Positions 36,114-45,787 of a stretch of 64,000 nt of DNA are shown here, one piece after another. A program made the translations under genes and the position numbers. The notes under the pieces are model-generated. The model ran no database searches. It was given only the letters and a program-made list of their open reading frames with translations, and was not told the origin of the DNA. Numbering within the stretch: the stretch's first letter is position 1; each line of letters opens with the position of its first letter. Origin of the DNA: Candidatus Aenigmatarchaeota archaeon. GTDB taxonomy: Archaea; Aenigmatarchaeota; Aenigmatarchaeia; CG10238-14; SpSt-28. The stretch lies in NCBI GenBank assembly GCA_038997305.1, contig JAWAZZ010000002.1:8217-72216 (forward strand), written 5' to 3'.

Positions 36114-37406
36114 ATGTTAGGGTTTCTATCAAAGAAGATTGAAAATTTAGCAAAGAAAATTTATTCCTCTAAATTGGATGAAAAAACCATAAACGAAATA
36201 CTAGAGGAATTTAAAATAATTTTGTTAGAAAGCGATGTTGATATGAGTATTGTTAACAAAATAATTTCAAATATAAAAACTGAAATTAAAAAATCTAAAA
36301 TTCCCGCCGGATTAACATATAGAGAATTCTTGATAAAACTTTTGTATGATAGTTTAGTAGAAATACTAGGAAAAGAAAAAGCAAGTTTAATAGGCAGAAA
36401 AAAGATAATGCTTGTTGGTTTGTTTGGTAGCGGAAAAACAACAACAGCAGCAAAGCTTGCAAGATATTTTCAAAAAAGAGGATTAAAACCTTTATTAGTT
36501 GCTTTGGATTTTCATAGACCAGCGGCAATAGATCAATTAAGACAACTTGCAGAAGAAATTAATGTAAATTTTTTTGTTGACAAAGATCCTTATGAAACGG
36601 CTAAAAAAAGTTTGGAATTTCTTAATAAATACGATACCATAATATACGATACAGCAGGAAGAGATGCTCTAGATAAAGAGTTAGCAAAAGAATTAAAAAA
36701 ATTGGCAGAAATTATTAGGCCAGATGAAATTCTCTTAGTAATACCAGCAGAAATAGGAAAAATTGCAAAAAAACAAGCGGAAGAATTTCATAAGTTAGTT
36801 GGAATAACAGGAATAATAGTAACTAAAGTCGATAGTACAGCAAAAGCTGGAGGCGCTTTAAACGCTTGTAGCGTTACTAATGCTAAGGTAAAATTCATAA
36901 CTTTTGGAGAGAAGGTAGATGCAATAGAAGAATATGATCCAAAATCTTTTGTTTCGAGGATGTTGGGTTTAGGAGATTTAAACTCTTTGCTTCAAAAAAT
37001 AAAGCTAGAAATAAAGGACAAAGTAGATATAGAGGAATTTAACTTTGAAGAATTTTTAAAGCAAATACAAACTATTCAAAACTTAGGTTCCTTAGCTAGC
37101 ATTGCAAAACATTTACCATTTATAGGAATTTCTTTACCTGAAGAGCTTTTAGAAATACAAGAACAAAAAATGCAAAAGTGGAAATATATAATTCAAAGTA
37201 TGACAAAGGAAGAAAGAAAGAATCCAGATATTTTAAACGAAAGCAGAATAAAGAGAATTGCAAAAGGTAGTGGAACTAGTGAACAAGAAGTTAGAGAACT
37301 TATATCTACCTATAAAAAGATTCAAAAACTAATGAAAAACTATGGAAAATTAATGCAAAATAAACAATTTGCTTCTTTATTAAAAAGATTTGGTCTAAAC
37401 TTCTAA
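36114..37406 (+). CDS. srp54: Signal recognition particle protein SRP54
   Basis: N and G domains with GLFGSGKTTTAAKLA and DTAGR, plus an M domain. Length 430 aa. Confidence 0.95.
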   Translation: MLGFLSKKIENLAKKIYSSKLDEKTINEILEEFKIILLESDVDMSIVNKIISNIKTEIKKSKIPAGLTYREFLIKLLYDSLVEILGKEKASLIGRKKIMLVGLFGSGKTTTAAKLARYFQKRGLKPLLVALDFHRPAAIDQLRQLAEEINVNFFVDKDPYETAKKSLEFLNKYDTIIYDTAGRDALDKELAKELKKLAEIIRPDEILLVIPAEIGKIAKKQAEEFHKLVGITGIIVTKVDSTAKAGGALNACSVTNAKVKFITFGEKVDAIEEYDPKSFVSRMLGLGDLNSLLQKIKLEIKDKVDIEEFNFEEFLKQIQTIQNLGSLASIAKHLPFIGISLPEELLEIQEQKMQKWKYIIQSMTKEERKNPDILNESRIKRIAKGSGTSEQEVRELISTYKKIQKLMKNYGKLMQNKQFASLLKRFGLNF

Positions 37407-38333
37407 CAGATTTTTTATGAACTTTTCTTTTTCAAACTTTTCTAAATCATTTTCTTTTTGACCAACACCAATATAAGCTATAGGGACTTTAAATTCATAT
37501 TCTATAGATAATATATTTCCACCTTTTTCGTTTACATCAACTTTTGTAAATATAACAAAATCTATATTGGAGATTTGTTGAAAGAATTTAAACTGGTTAA
37601 CAATATCGCTACCTGTTAGGGAATCTAAAACCAATATTTTAATATCAGGATTGTTAACTCTAACTATTTTTGCTAATTCATCCATAAGATTTTTATTTGT
37701 ATGACTTCTTCCTGCAGTGTCTGCAAGTATTATCTCATAACCATTTTTAATCGCATACTGTTTTGCTTCATATATAACTGCTGCAGGATCATATCCATAA
37801 TCTTTCTTAAAAATATCTAGACTCAACTTCTTTGCCCACTCTTCTAATTGTTCTATCGCAGCCGCTCTGAAAGTATCTGCAGCTACCAACAAAACTTTAT
37901 ATTTTTTGGACAACCTTTTAGCAATTTTTGCTATTGTGGTAGTTTTGCCGCTGCCATTAAATCCAAAAAACAATACTAATATGGGTTTTTTCATTTTTTC
38001 AATTTCTTTTTCAAAATCTTTACTTTCGGCATAAGAAAGAATCTCTTCAATACTTTTTCTTATAGAATTCATTATTTCTTCTTTAAACTTTTTTCTTTCT
38101 ATTTTTTTACCTATTAAATTCTTCTTTATATCCTCTATTATTTTCTTTGTTACATTATAACCACAATCAGCTTCTATTAAATTAACCTCCAATTCTTCTA
38201 AGAATTCTTTTAAATCTTCCTCTTTAACCTCCTTTTTTGTAATTCTTTCTTTAGTTTTTTCAACTTCCTCTTTAACCTTTTTTGTAACTTTTTCTACAAA
38301 TTCCTTTATCTTTTTCTTAAAAAAAGAAAACAT
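37395..38333 (-). CDS. ftsY: SRP receptor FtsY
   Basis: NG domain with FFGFNGSGKTTTIAKIA and DTAGR. K/E-rich N-terminal region. Confidence 0.9.
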   Translation of the reverse strand: MFSFFKKKIKEFVEKVTKKVKEEVEKTKERITKKEVKEEDLKEFLEELEVNLIEADCGYNVTKKIIEDIKKNLIGKKIERKKFKEEIMNSIRKSIEEILSYAESKDFEKEIEKMKKPILVLFFGFNGSGKTTTIAKIAKRLSKKYKVLLVAADTFRAAAIEQLEEWAKKLSLDIFKKDYGYDPAAVIYEAKQYAIKNGYEIILADTAGRSHTNKNLMDELAKIVRVNNPDIKILVLDSLTGSDIVNQFKFFQQISNIDFVIFTKVDVNEKGGNILSIEYEFKVPIAYIGVGQKENDLEKFEKEKFIKNLLEV

Positions 38334-38339
38334 AAAGGA

Positions 38340-39158
38340 TTAGGCAAATTCTTTAGAAAAGTTATTCCATGCAATCTCTAATATTGGCTTAATTAGGTTT
38401 TTGGCTACATTCTCGCTTCTTGTCCATAGAGCTAGTGCTTGATTTGGTGCAACATTTCTAATGTCTGTTAAACTCATTATTACATTTTCATCATCAACAA
38501 CTATCACATTTCCTTCTATAGGTAACTTATCTTTTTCTATTGTTCTTAATTCACCAAAAACTTTTAGTGATTTAAGTACATCAACCTCTTTTAAATCTGT
38601 GGCTAAAAATCTTATGTCAATATTTCTTTCTTTAGCTTTTACTAATAATCCAGCAAACCTTTCATAAATTTCTTTTAGGACTTCACTACCAGCTACTATA
38701 TGAATAGAACTTTTTGCATTTTTCAATGCATATTCTATTTCATCGAAGAAAGATTTTAACCCTCTTATTGTTCCGGTCAACTCTTCTGGTTGTATTTTCT
38801 GAATTCTTTTTTCGAATATTTCTTTTAGTTCTTTCATTATTTCGCTATTTTTAATTTCTTCGATTCTTCTTTTCATTTCGTTAATCTTTTCTTCAAATCT
38901 CTTTTTGTATCTCTCTAGAGCTTCTTCAGGATCTATTGCAATATATCTTACAGGTCTTGTTTGTTGGATTATTACAAAACCTTTATCTGCCAAACTTTCT
39001 AGGGTATCATAAGTTCTTGATCTAGGAACTTGTGCAAGCTCTGCTAACTCGCCAGCAGTTGCACTACCTCTAGCTAGTAACGCTACATATAGTTTTCTTT
39101 CATATAGGTTTAGACCTATTGTTTTTAGTGCATCTAAAACTTTTTGGCTAGCTATCAT
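38340..39158 (-). CDS. TrmB-family transcriptional regulator
   Basis: N-terminal wHTH LNLYERKLYVALLARGSATAGELAELAQVPRSRTYDTLESLADKGFV, plus a C-terminal sensor-like domain. Confidence 0.7.
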   Translation of the reverse strand: MIASQKVLDALKTIGLNLYERKLYVALLARGSATAGELAELAQVPRSRTYDTLESLADKGFVIIQQTRPVRYIAIDPEEALERYKKRFEEKINEMKRRIEEIKNSEIMKELKEIFEKRIQKIQPEELTGTIRGLKSFFDEIEYALKNAKSSIHIVAGSEVLKEIYERFAGLLVKAKERNIDIRFLATDLKEVDVLKSLKVFGELRTIEKDKLPIEGNVIVVDDENVIMSLTDIRNVAPNQALALWTRSENVAKNLIKPILEIAWNNFSKEFA

Positions 39159-39288
39159 AGAAAGATTAAAAACTTAAAAAATTTATTTTTTAAAATCAAG
39201 TGAAAAATCCTTATCTAATCTAATGGGAGTATGTGTCCAGTAAAGGATGAGTACTTTATAACTTAAAAACTTAACAAATAAATTTCTA

Positions 39289-39640
39289 CTAAAAAATCAA
39301 AGAAAAAATTATTACAAAAATTATACTGCTCTTATCAATAAGGACAACGTTTATTGAAGAACCTTTTTGTAAAGCCAGAAAGTATAAAATCCAGGGAGCA
39401 GTTCCTGCTAATCCGCTTAGAATTATAAACAAGACTTCTTTATTAATTAGTTCTTTAACTAGGGCACCTTTATTTAAGATTAAAACTAAAGAAACGGCAA
39501 AAAATCATTATTATTATAGATCTTAAAGCTGTTGCAAGAATGGAATCTACTTTTTGCAAGCCAATTTTTGATAATATAGTCGCTAAAGCAGCAAATATAG
39601 CACTTCCTAAGGCAAGAACAAACTTTTGATTTAATATTTT
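39289..39640 (-). pseudogene. EamA/DMT-like small transporter remnant: no canonical start codon, and a frameshift within an A6/T6 homopolymer (39499-39504)
   Basis: Hand translation of the minus strand gives an EamA-like N-half (...VLALGSAIFAALATILSKIGLQKVDSILATALRSIIIMIF) ending at a stop. A -1 shift in the T6 run restores a continuous C-half (...LVLILNKGALVKELINKEVLFIILSGLAGTAPWILYFLALQKGSSINVVLID...). No in-frame ATG/GTG/TTG near the 5' end, which abuts tRNA-Ala. Confidence 0.45.
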
Positions 39641-39712
39641 TGGACCGGGCGGGATTTGAACCCGCGGCCTCCTGCTTGCGAAGCAGGCGCTCTTCCGCTG
39701 AGCTACCGGCCC
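39641..39712 (-). tRNA. tRNA-Ala (anticodon CGC)
   Basis: Near-identical to the tRNA-Ala at 430-501 (same acceptor, D and T arms, G3:U70). It differs only in the anticodon arm (CCTGC TTCGCAA GCAGG), with compensatory stem changes. Confidence 0.85.
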
Positions 39713-39760
39713 ATGCTATAATTTATTTCTTTTTTCATTTATCAAAAGTGTTAAAATCTT

Positions 39761-40189
39761 ATGGAGAAGGTTCAAAAAAATTTGAAGTTTTTCATAACTA
39801 TAGAAAAATTGAAAAAAGCTAGGGAAAAAGAAAGAGTGAGCGAGAAAGAAGTTATGAAAGTTCTTATTGATAGTTATAATCAAAGGATTAATTTTAATTC
39901 GTTGAGCATTTTAATTAACTATTTAAAATCTAAATTTCCTGATAAAATATTACCTAAAAAAGAAATAATAAGAAGAATAGCAATAAGAGCTGGTTATAAG
40001 GTAAAATATGTTTGTAAAAAAGTGGAAAAACCTCTCGAAAAATGTCCTATATGTGGATTACCTTTATTCGAAAAATTTTCATATAATTTGAAGGGGGAAA
40101 AAGTTGTGGATTACTACTATTGTAAATTTTGTGGCTATAAAAGTAGAGATAGGAAGGATTTGCCAATAAAATTTAAGTTTATTCTGTAG
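39761..40189 (+). CDS. Hypothetical protein with a C-terminal zinc ribbon (CPICG...CKFCG)
   Basis: C-x2-C-x22-C-x2-C near the C-terminus. Basic N-terminal half. Confidence 0.3.
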   Translation: MEKVQKNLKFFITIEKLKKAREKERVSEKEVMKVLIDSYNQRINFNSLSILINYLKSKFPDKILPKKEIIRRIAIRAGYKVKYVCKKVEKPLEKCPICGLPLFEKFSYNLKGEKVVDYYYCKFCGYKSRDRKDLPIKFKFIL

Positions 40190-40931
40190 CTCTTGGTGCA
40201 ACTACAAAATCTAATATTAGTCTATCTGTTTCTTTGAATGTTAACTTTACTGGATAATCTGTTGCCCATTGAATTATTACAGTATCTGCAACTTTAGAAA
40301 CTTTACTCATAGCAACTAAATAATCTATAGGATATCTTGCCTTACTATTTTCTTCTGCTTGTAGATCGAATAAAATATCTTGGCCCCTTTCTATTTCTAT
40401 ATCTAAAGAGCTTAGTTCGCCTATTGCATAGAATCTAATTTTATTGCCATCTGTGGATATTTCAATTTCATCGGCTATTTGTTTTGCATCATCTAAAATC
40501 TTTTTAAACCCATCAGCACTTAATTCTGCTTTGGCTTTAAATGTTAATGTATCTATGTTTGGTAATTCTTCTTCTGTTAGAGTTAATATTGGCATTGTAA
40601 ATTTTCTTTTTGCTGTATTTTCGAAAAGAATTACTAATTTTCCTGCTTCGTCATACATTGTTAGTTTATCTTTCTTTGTACCTCTTTTCAATATAGTTTT
40701 TAATTCATCTAAATTAACCCCAACACTTTCGACATCCTTATCTAATTCGAATTCCTCAAAAGCTGTTGGCAATATATTTAATCTTATTACTGATATTAGA
40801 GCTTTATCAGCAGCTGTAAATATTAGTCCTTTATTTTTTTCTAGTTTTATTACACCTTCTTCAACAAGCTTTGCTATACTATCAAAAACATCTTTTAGCA
40901 TTGTTGTTTCATATGTAGATATCCTGAACAT
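40179..40931 (-). CDS. pcn: DNA polymerase sliding clamp PCNA
   Basis: MF..............LKDVFDSIAKLVEEGVIKLEKNKGLIFTAADKALISVIRLNIL...FEEFEL is the canonical PCNA N-terminus. Length 250 aa. Confidence 0.85.
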   Translation of the reverse strand: MFRISTYETTMLKDVFDSIAKLVEEGVIKLEKNKGLIFTAADKALISVIRLNILPTAFEEFELDKDVESVGVNLDELKTILKRGTKKDKLTMYDEAGKLVILFENTAKRKFTMPILTLTEEELPNIDTLTFKAKAELSADGFKKILDDAKQIADEIEISTDGNKIRFYAIGELSSLDIEIERGQDILFDLQAEENSKARYPIDYLVAMSKVSKVADTVIIQWATDYPVKLTFKETDRLILDFVVAPRATE

Positions 40932-40946
40932 AAAAATATACAGAAC

Positions 40947-41228
40947 TTAAATATAAAGATTTTTAAACTTTTCGTAAACTTCTAAAACTTCTCCGAATTT
41001 TTCATAATCTACCTTTTGTAAAATATCAACTATAAAATCTTCTTTGTCTTTTGTGAAGAAAACTCTTACAAAATCGTTTTTGTTAGTTTTGAAAATAGAC
41101 AGGAATTTAATATCTGAACCATCTAATTTAAAACCTTCTTCATCGGTTTCTTTAACCTTTCCATAGGTAAAATATTTTCCATCTTTCATTTCTTTTGTTA
41201 TTTCTTTAATCTTTACGAATTTGTACAT
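40947..41228 (-). CDS. Hypothetical 93-aa protein between TFS and PCNA
   Basis: No recognisable motif. Beta-rich and acidic. Apparently co-transcribed with TFS and PCNA. Confidence 0.3.
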   Translation of the reverse strand: MYKFVKIKEITKEMKDGKYFTYGKVKETDEEGFKLDGSDIKFLSIFKTNKNDFVRVFFTKDKEDFIVDILQKVDYEKFGEVLEVYEKFKNLYI

Positions 41229-41245
41229 AAAATTAATAATACAAC

Positions 41246-41572
41246 TTATTCAAAACTTCTCCAAGAATAATTGCACTTAGTGCAAATATAAAATACTGTC
41301 GGAGGTTCATCAGCTGCTCTTGTCTGTTGCACATAATAATAAGCTTCGTTGTGCCCACATTTTGGGCATATAACATTGGTTTTAGGCAATTTTTTTTCTT
41401 GCTCTGATTTACCGACAACAGTTGCTTCCTCTTTGTTTTCTTTGAATTTACTTCCAATTTTTATGTCTTCATCAAATTTATAAACCTTATCACACTTTTT
41501 ACAATAGAAAACTACTTTATTTTTTTCCTTTTTTGGTATTAATATACTTCCACATTTTGGACACGTTTTCAT
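41246..41572 (-). CDS. tfs: Transcription factor S (TFS; TFIIS/RpoM-like)
   Basis: N-terminal Zn ribbon CPKCGS...CKKC, and C-terminal TFIIS-type ribbon CPKCGHNEAYYYVQQTRAADEPPTVFYICTKCNYSWR with the acidic QTRAADE hairpin. Confidence 0.85.
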   Translation of the reverse strand: MKTCPKCGSILIPKKEKNKVVFYCKKCDKVYKFDEDIKIGSKFKENKEEATVVGKSEQEKKLPKTNVICPKCGHNEAYYYVQQTRAADEPPTVFYICTKCNYSWRSFE

Positions 41573-41751
41573 TTTATAATATATTGTATAAACTCCTTAA
41601 ATATTTTTCTTTGAAAAGTTCTAAGAAAAATTTCTAGGATAGGCTTATTGGAATAAATTTTATTACGAGTTTTTAGCGTTTTTCATAAATAACTTCGATT
41701 GGAAAAAGATTGAATTAACAATATTAAAGACTTTATTAACAAAATATATTT

Positions 41752-42186
41752 ATGAAGGCAATATCACCATTAATCGCCACAATAATTCTTATAGCATTAA
41801 CAATAGCTATTGCAGGTATATTAGGTTTGTGGGCTGCTAATTATGTTACCACAAAAACTCAAGAAATAAATAAGACAGGAGAGACAGTTAACTGTGCTTT
41901 AATAGATTTTGATGTAAAATCTTGTAGAATAGATTCTTCTAATAGAAAAGTAAGATTAATACTCTTCAATAATAGACCAGTCGATATTAATGGATTTTCT
42001 ATATCTTTCTTTGATTTGGGTAATAATGGGACGATAGAAAATATTACTACAACTCAAATAAACGAAATTTTAAAAAGGAGTGAATATAAAATTGTGGACA
42101 TAGATTTGCCGCTCCCAAATTTTGATAAATTAGAGATTAGAAGTTTAGAATGTCCAGATAAATTTAAGGAGGTTATTTGTGTTTAA
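41752..42186 (+). CDS. Archaeal type IV pilin-like protein (class III signal peptide, DUF361-like N-terminus)
   Basis: MKAISPLIATIILIALTIAIAGILG matches the archaeal prepilin consensus (K/R-G/A then I-SPVIAT-hydrophobic). Followed by a beta-rich domain with two Cys. Confidence 0.6.
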   Translation: MKAISPLIATIILIALTIAIAGILGLWAANYVTTKTQEINKTGETVNCALIDFDVKSCRIDSSNRKVRLILFNNRPVDINGFSISFFDLGNNGTIENITTTQINEILKRSEYKIVDIDLPLPNFDKLEIRSLECPDKFKEVICV

Positions 42187-42995
42187 AATATTGCTAAAAA
42201 GGAAAACACTATATATCCAATAATCATTAATATTATAGAATATCTAAGGCCAGAAAAAACATTCCCCTCACTAATTTTACCAATTAACAATCCATTAAAG
42301 AAACTTTGAATTAACACCAAATGAAGTAAAATGTTGTTTATTTCTTTTAAATCAATTTTTATTTGTTGAGATGAATTTAGTGAAGGTAGTAAGAATCTCA
42401 TAATTATTATCATTATTAACAGAAACATAAAATAAATCATAAAACCTTGAATTTTTGTAGGATCAGCGATCATTTCTCTTTCTTTTCTAACTTTTTCTAC
42501 TTCAATATAATTTCTTATTATTGCTTCTATTATAGCTGCAACATCTCCACCAGCTTTAATTCCTTCTCCAATAGTTAAAGATAATTTTCTTATTAATTTT
42601 GACTTACTTCTTTTAGCCAAATTTTCTAATGCTTTTTCGAAAGGTATTCCCAATTTAACTTCATTATACATCTTTTTAATAAGAGGAGATAAAGATTTAT
42701 AATCGTTATCTTTAAGAGTTTCAAGAATTTTTACAATACTTCTTCCGCTTCTCAAATTCTCTGCTAAATCTCTTAAAAATGATGAAAAATAATATTCTAT
42801 TTCCTTGGTTCTTTTACTTTTTTGAGAAAATATAAGGAAAACAATTACTAAGGGTAAAAAAATTCCAATGAGATTCAGTGTGAAATTCAAAATAAAAAGG
42901 TTCAATATTCTAGATAAAATAAGATTATTAAGTATTAATAGGAATACTGAAAAAACAAAGATAATAGCTATTGATAGTATTTCCTCTTTTTTCAT
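42183..42995 (-). CDS. Type IV pilus / Tad-like platform protein, T2SSF-domain half (TadC-like)
   Basis: Membrane protein with a cytoplasmic T2SSF-type helical domain. Overlaps the next platform gene by 4 nt. Confidence 0.55.
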   Translation of the reverse strand: MKKEEILSIAIIFVFSVFLLILNNLILSRILNLFILNFTLNLIGIFLPLVIVFLIFSQKSKRTKEIEYYFSSFLRDLAENLRSGRSIVKILETLKDNDYKSLSPLIKKMYNEVKLGIPFEKALENLAKRSKSKLIRKLSLTIGEGIKAGGDVAAIIEAIIRNYIEVEKVRKEREMIADPTKIQGFMIYFMFLLIMIIIMRFLLPSLNSSQQIKIDLKEINNILLHLVLIQSFFNGLLIGKISEGNVFSGLRYSIILMIIGYIVFSFLAIF

Positions 42996-43846
42996 ATCTC
43001 TACCTCAACACCTTTTATTATGAATAAGAATAGAACATTTAAAAAGGGTAAAACTATATAACTTAGTATCTTCAACAAATCTATCAAAGAAATAAAGCCA
43101 ATATTAGTTTGTATGGCTGCCATGACAACAATCATAGAGATTATGAAAAGGGGAGAAGATATTACCAAACCAACATATATTTCGCTTATAGTGCTCAATC
43201 TCTGTAAAAATTCTTCCCTTTTTATTTTCCAATCAAACATTAGATAATCATAAGTTATCTTTAGATAATTTTTCAAATCTCCGCCAGTTTCTATTATAGA
43301 AGCTATATTATTCAAAATTTTTTGAAAGAGTGGGGAGCAATTTGTTTTAGCAATATTTTTTAATGCACTTAAAAAATCTTCGCCATAATTTTCTACTCTT
43401 TTTACTAACTCTTTCATTTCTTTAGAAATTGCTTCATATTCATCGAACTTAGAGATTATTTTAAACATCAAATAGGGTTGAATATTACTTTCTGCTAGAG
43501 AAGTTAAATGTAGAACAAAATTTAGGAGATTGTTTTCAATACTTCTTCTATATTCTAATTCTTTTTGAAGTGGTAAAGTATATAATATTAGAAATGTTGT
43601 TGCTGGAAAAATTATAGGGAACAAATATTTCAGTTGTGAAATATTTTTAGGAAGATTTATAGGCAATAAAAGCAGTGTTAACCCCAAAAGGAAAGATATG
43701 AAAGTTAGAAAAAACATTCTAGCAATATATAATGTGTATAGTTCTTTGCTTCTAATAGATATTAAAGATTTTTTAATTCTTAGAAAGAAAACATTATTTT
43801 TAACTCTATCTACTAACCAATAAAACAATCTATATTCAAAGCTCAT
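42992..43846 (-). CDS. Type IV pilus / Tad-like platform protein, T2SSF-domain half (TadB-like)
   Basis: Second T2SSF-like polytopic protein. With the adjacent gene it is equivalent to a split FlaJ/PilC. Confidence 0.55.
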   Translation of the reverse strand: MSFEYRLFYWLVDRVKNNVFFLRIKKSLISIRSKELYTLYIARMFFLTFISFLLGLTLLLLPINLPKNISQLKYLFPIIFPATTFLILYTLPLQKELEYRRSIENNLLNFVLHLTSLAESNIQPYLMFKIISKFDEYEAISKEMKELVKRVENYGEDFLSALKNIAKTNCSPLFQKILNNIASIIETGGDLKNYLKITYDYLMFDWKIKREEFLQRLSTISEIYVGLVISSPLFIISMIVVMAAIQTNIGFISLIDLLKILSYIVLPFLNVLFLFIIKGVEVEI

Positions 43847-43856
43847 AAATATATTT

Positions 43857-45461
43857 CTAACCTTCTATAACAAAAATATAGCCAAGTTTTTTTGCAGCTA
43901 CGTTTTCTTCTAATTTTAATACCAACTCTCTTGCTTTTTCAAACTCAATTAAACCTTCTATAGTTCTCATCAAAGTTTCTTTATCTTTGTAATACATTTT
44001 TATTATTTCTATAACTTCTTCATAACTCTTCTTCCCATTCTTTAACATCCATTCTAAAACTTTTTTTCGATCTTCAATTTCCTTTTTTGCATATTCTAAA
44101 CTTAATCCATATGCTTCACAAATCTTTGGAATTAGAATGCTATCGTTAACTTTTTCATGAATATCTTCGAAAGCATTCCATCTATATGTAACATTTTGCA
44201 TTACTTCTCCCTTTTCATCTATTCCGGCAATTTCTATTATCTCAGATATTCTTCTTGCAAACTCTCCCCTTTCTTTAGCCCTTCTCATTACAATAACCAA
44301 ATCTAATGATTCTATTAAACTTATTGGTAGTTCTATTGGTGGCGAAATTAATCTTTTTACTAGTGATTTTAAATCTTCTGCGTGAAATGTAGATGCACCC
44401 GCATGACCCGATGCCATTCCCTGAAACATAACGTAAACTTCTTTTCCTCTTGTTTCTCCTACTATAACATAGTCGGGGTTCATTCTGAAACTTTCTCTTA
44501 ACAAATCAAACAAATTTACTTCACCATATTTCGATCCGGTAGGTAAGGGAATTCCAAAACCAACTCTAGTTACTAAAGGTACCCAATTTTCTTGATAAAA
44601 TCTCAATTCTCGTGTATCTTCTATACTCACTATTTTTGCTTCCGGTCTGATAAAAACTCCTAAACTATTTAATAGACTTGTTTTTCCAGATCCTACTCCA
44701 CCGATTATCAAAAAAGAAATTTTGTGCTCTATTAGAAACCATAAATATGCAAAGATTTCTGGATTTGCTGTTCTTAATTCTATTAGTTCTATTGGAGAGA
44801 AAGGTTTTTCTGTAAACTTTCTTATAGTAAAAGACGGACCTCTTTGGGAAACCTCTTCGCTAAATGTCGCACTAACTCTAGAACCATCTGGCAAACTTCC
44901 TTCTAATAGAGGCTCTGCATAAGATACATGCTTTCCACATCTTAATGCAAGCTTTATTATAAAATCTTTTAACTTTTCTACATCGTTGAAGACTATGTTT
45001 GTTTTTACGTTTCCAAAATATCTATGGGTAACAAAGATAGGTATATTAACTCCATTACAGTTAATATCTTCAACATAAGGATCATTAATTAGAGGTTCAA
45101 TTTCATTCAAACCAATAAAATCTCTGTGTATATAATAACTTATTTTTAAAAAAGATTCGCTATCCATTTTGATCTTTAATATTTTTAAAATTTTTTGTAA
45201 GATATCTTTGAGAATTTCTAGTTGCTTCTCTCTATCTTTAATACTTGATAAATCTACATCCAAGTATTCTAGTATAAGTTCTTTTATTTTTTCTAATAAC
45301 TTTTTTTCCGAATCGTTTAATTTTGGCTCTATAACTTCGTAAAATATTATTTTTTCCTCTTTATTGTAAAAGATATGCGCATAGGCAAAGGGTTTTATTA
45401 ACTCGTAAGTTATGTTTAAATCTTCTATTTTTTCAGGAATCCTAATTTCGGAAATTTTCAT
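43857..45461 (-). CDS. Type IV pilus assembly ATPase (VirB11/TadA/FlaI-like secretion NTPase)
   Basis: Walker A IIGGVGSGKTSLLNSL, Asp box, Walker B VIVGETRGKEV and His box ASTFHAE. Length 534 aa. Confidence 0.85.
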   Translation of the reverse strand: MKISEIRIPEKIEDLNITYELIKPFAYAHIFYNKEEKIIFYEVIEPKLNDSEKKLLEKIKELILEYLDVDLSSIKDREKQLEILKDILQKILKILKIKMDSESFLKISYYIHRDFIGLNEIEPLINDPYVEDINCNGVNIPIFVTHRYFGNVKTNIVFNDVEKLKDFIIKLALRCGKHVSYAEPLLEGSLPDGSRVSATFSEEVSQRGPSFTIRKFTEKPFSPIELIELRTANPEIFAYLWFLIEHKISFLIIGGVGSGKTSLLNSLGVFIRPEAKIVSIEDTRELRFYQENWVPLVTRVGFGIPLPTGSKYGEVNLFDLLRESFRMNPDYVIVGETRGKEVYVMFQGMASGHAGASTFHAEDLKSLVKRLISPPIELPISLIESLDLVIVMRRAKERGEFARRISEIIEIAGIDEKGEVMQNVTYRWNAFEDIHEKVNDSILIPKICEAYGLSLEYAKKEIEDRKKVLEWMLKNGKKSYEEVIEIIKMYYKDKETLMRTIEGLIEFEKARELVLKLEENVAAKKLGYIFVIEG

Positions 45462-45473
45462 AAAATATTAATT

Positions 45474-45755
45474 TTATTGTTTCAATTTCTTTCTTACCGC
45501 TTTTCCAGGTTGTACTACCCCTAAAAATCTTGCACATTTTGGGCAGACTCTTAATTTTACGCTGCCCAAGCTTATTAAATTTGGATTTACACTACTTAAT
45601 ATTAGAGAATCTTTTATCATGTATTTCTTATATATGGGAAAAGTTTTATATCTAGGGTATAATCCACCACATAGATCGCAATGTATATGATACTCATTAC
45701 CTCTAGCCTTTGTATGTTCGTAAGTTCTTTTATAGGGAGCTTTACTTATTGGCAT
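45474..45755 (-). CDS. rps26e: 30S ribosomal protein S26e (probable)
   Basis: KARGNEYHIHCDLCG and CPKCARFLGVVQPGKAVRKK parallel eS26 KGRGHVQPIRCTNCA and [20 protein letters not shown]. The two CxxC pairs are spaced about 45 aa apart, as in eS26. Confidence 0.55.
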   Translation of the reverse strand: MPISKAPYKRTYEHTKARGNEYHIHCDLCGGLYPRYKTFPIYKKYMIKDSLILSSVNPNLISLGSVKLRVCPKCARFLGVVQPGKAVRKKLKQ

Positions 45756-45787
45756 ACAAAAGATAGATAAAAAATTAAATATATATT

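Noticed and set aside
39640-39822. 60-aa plus-strand ORF
   Set aside because: Begins inside tRNA-Ala(CGC) on the opposite strand. Spurious.
40444-40950. 168-aa plus-strand ORF
   Set aside because: Entirely antisense to PCNA. Ser/Phe-rich low-complexity product, so spurious. Likewise 47306-47944 antisense to herA, 57806-58165 antisense to polB, and 22054-22678 and 23951-24229 antisense to polB.
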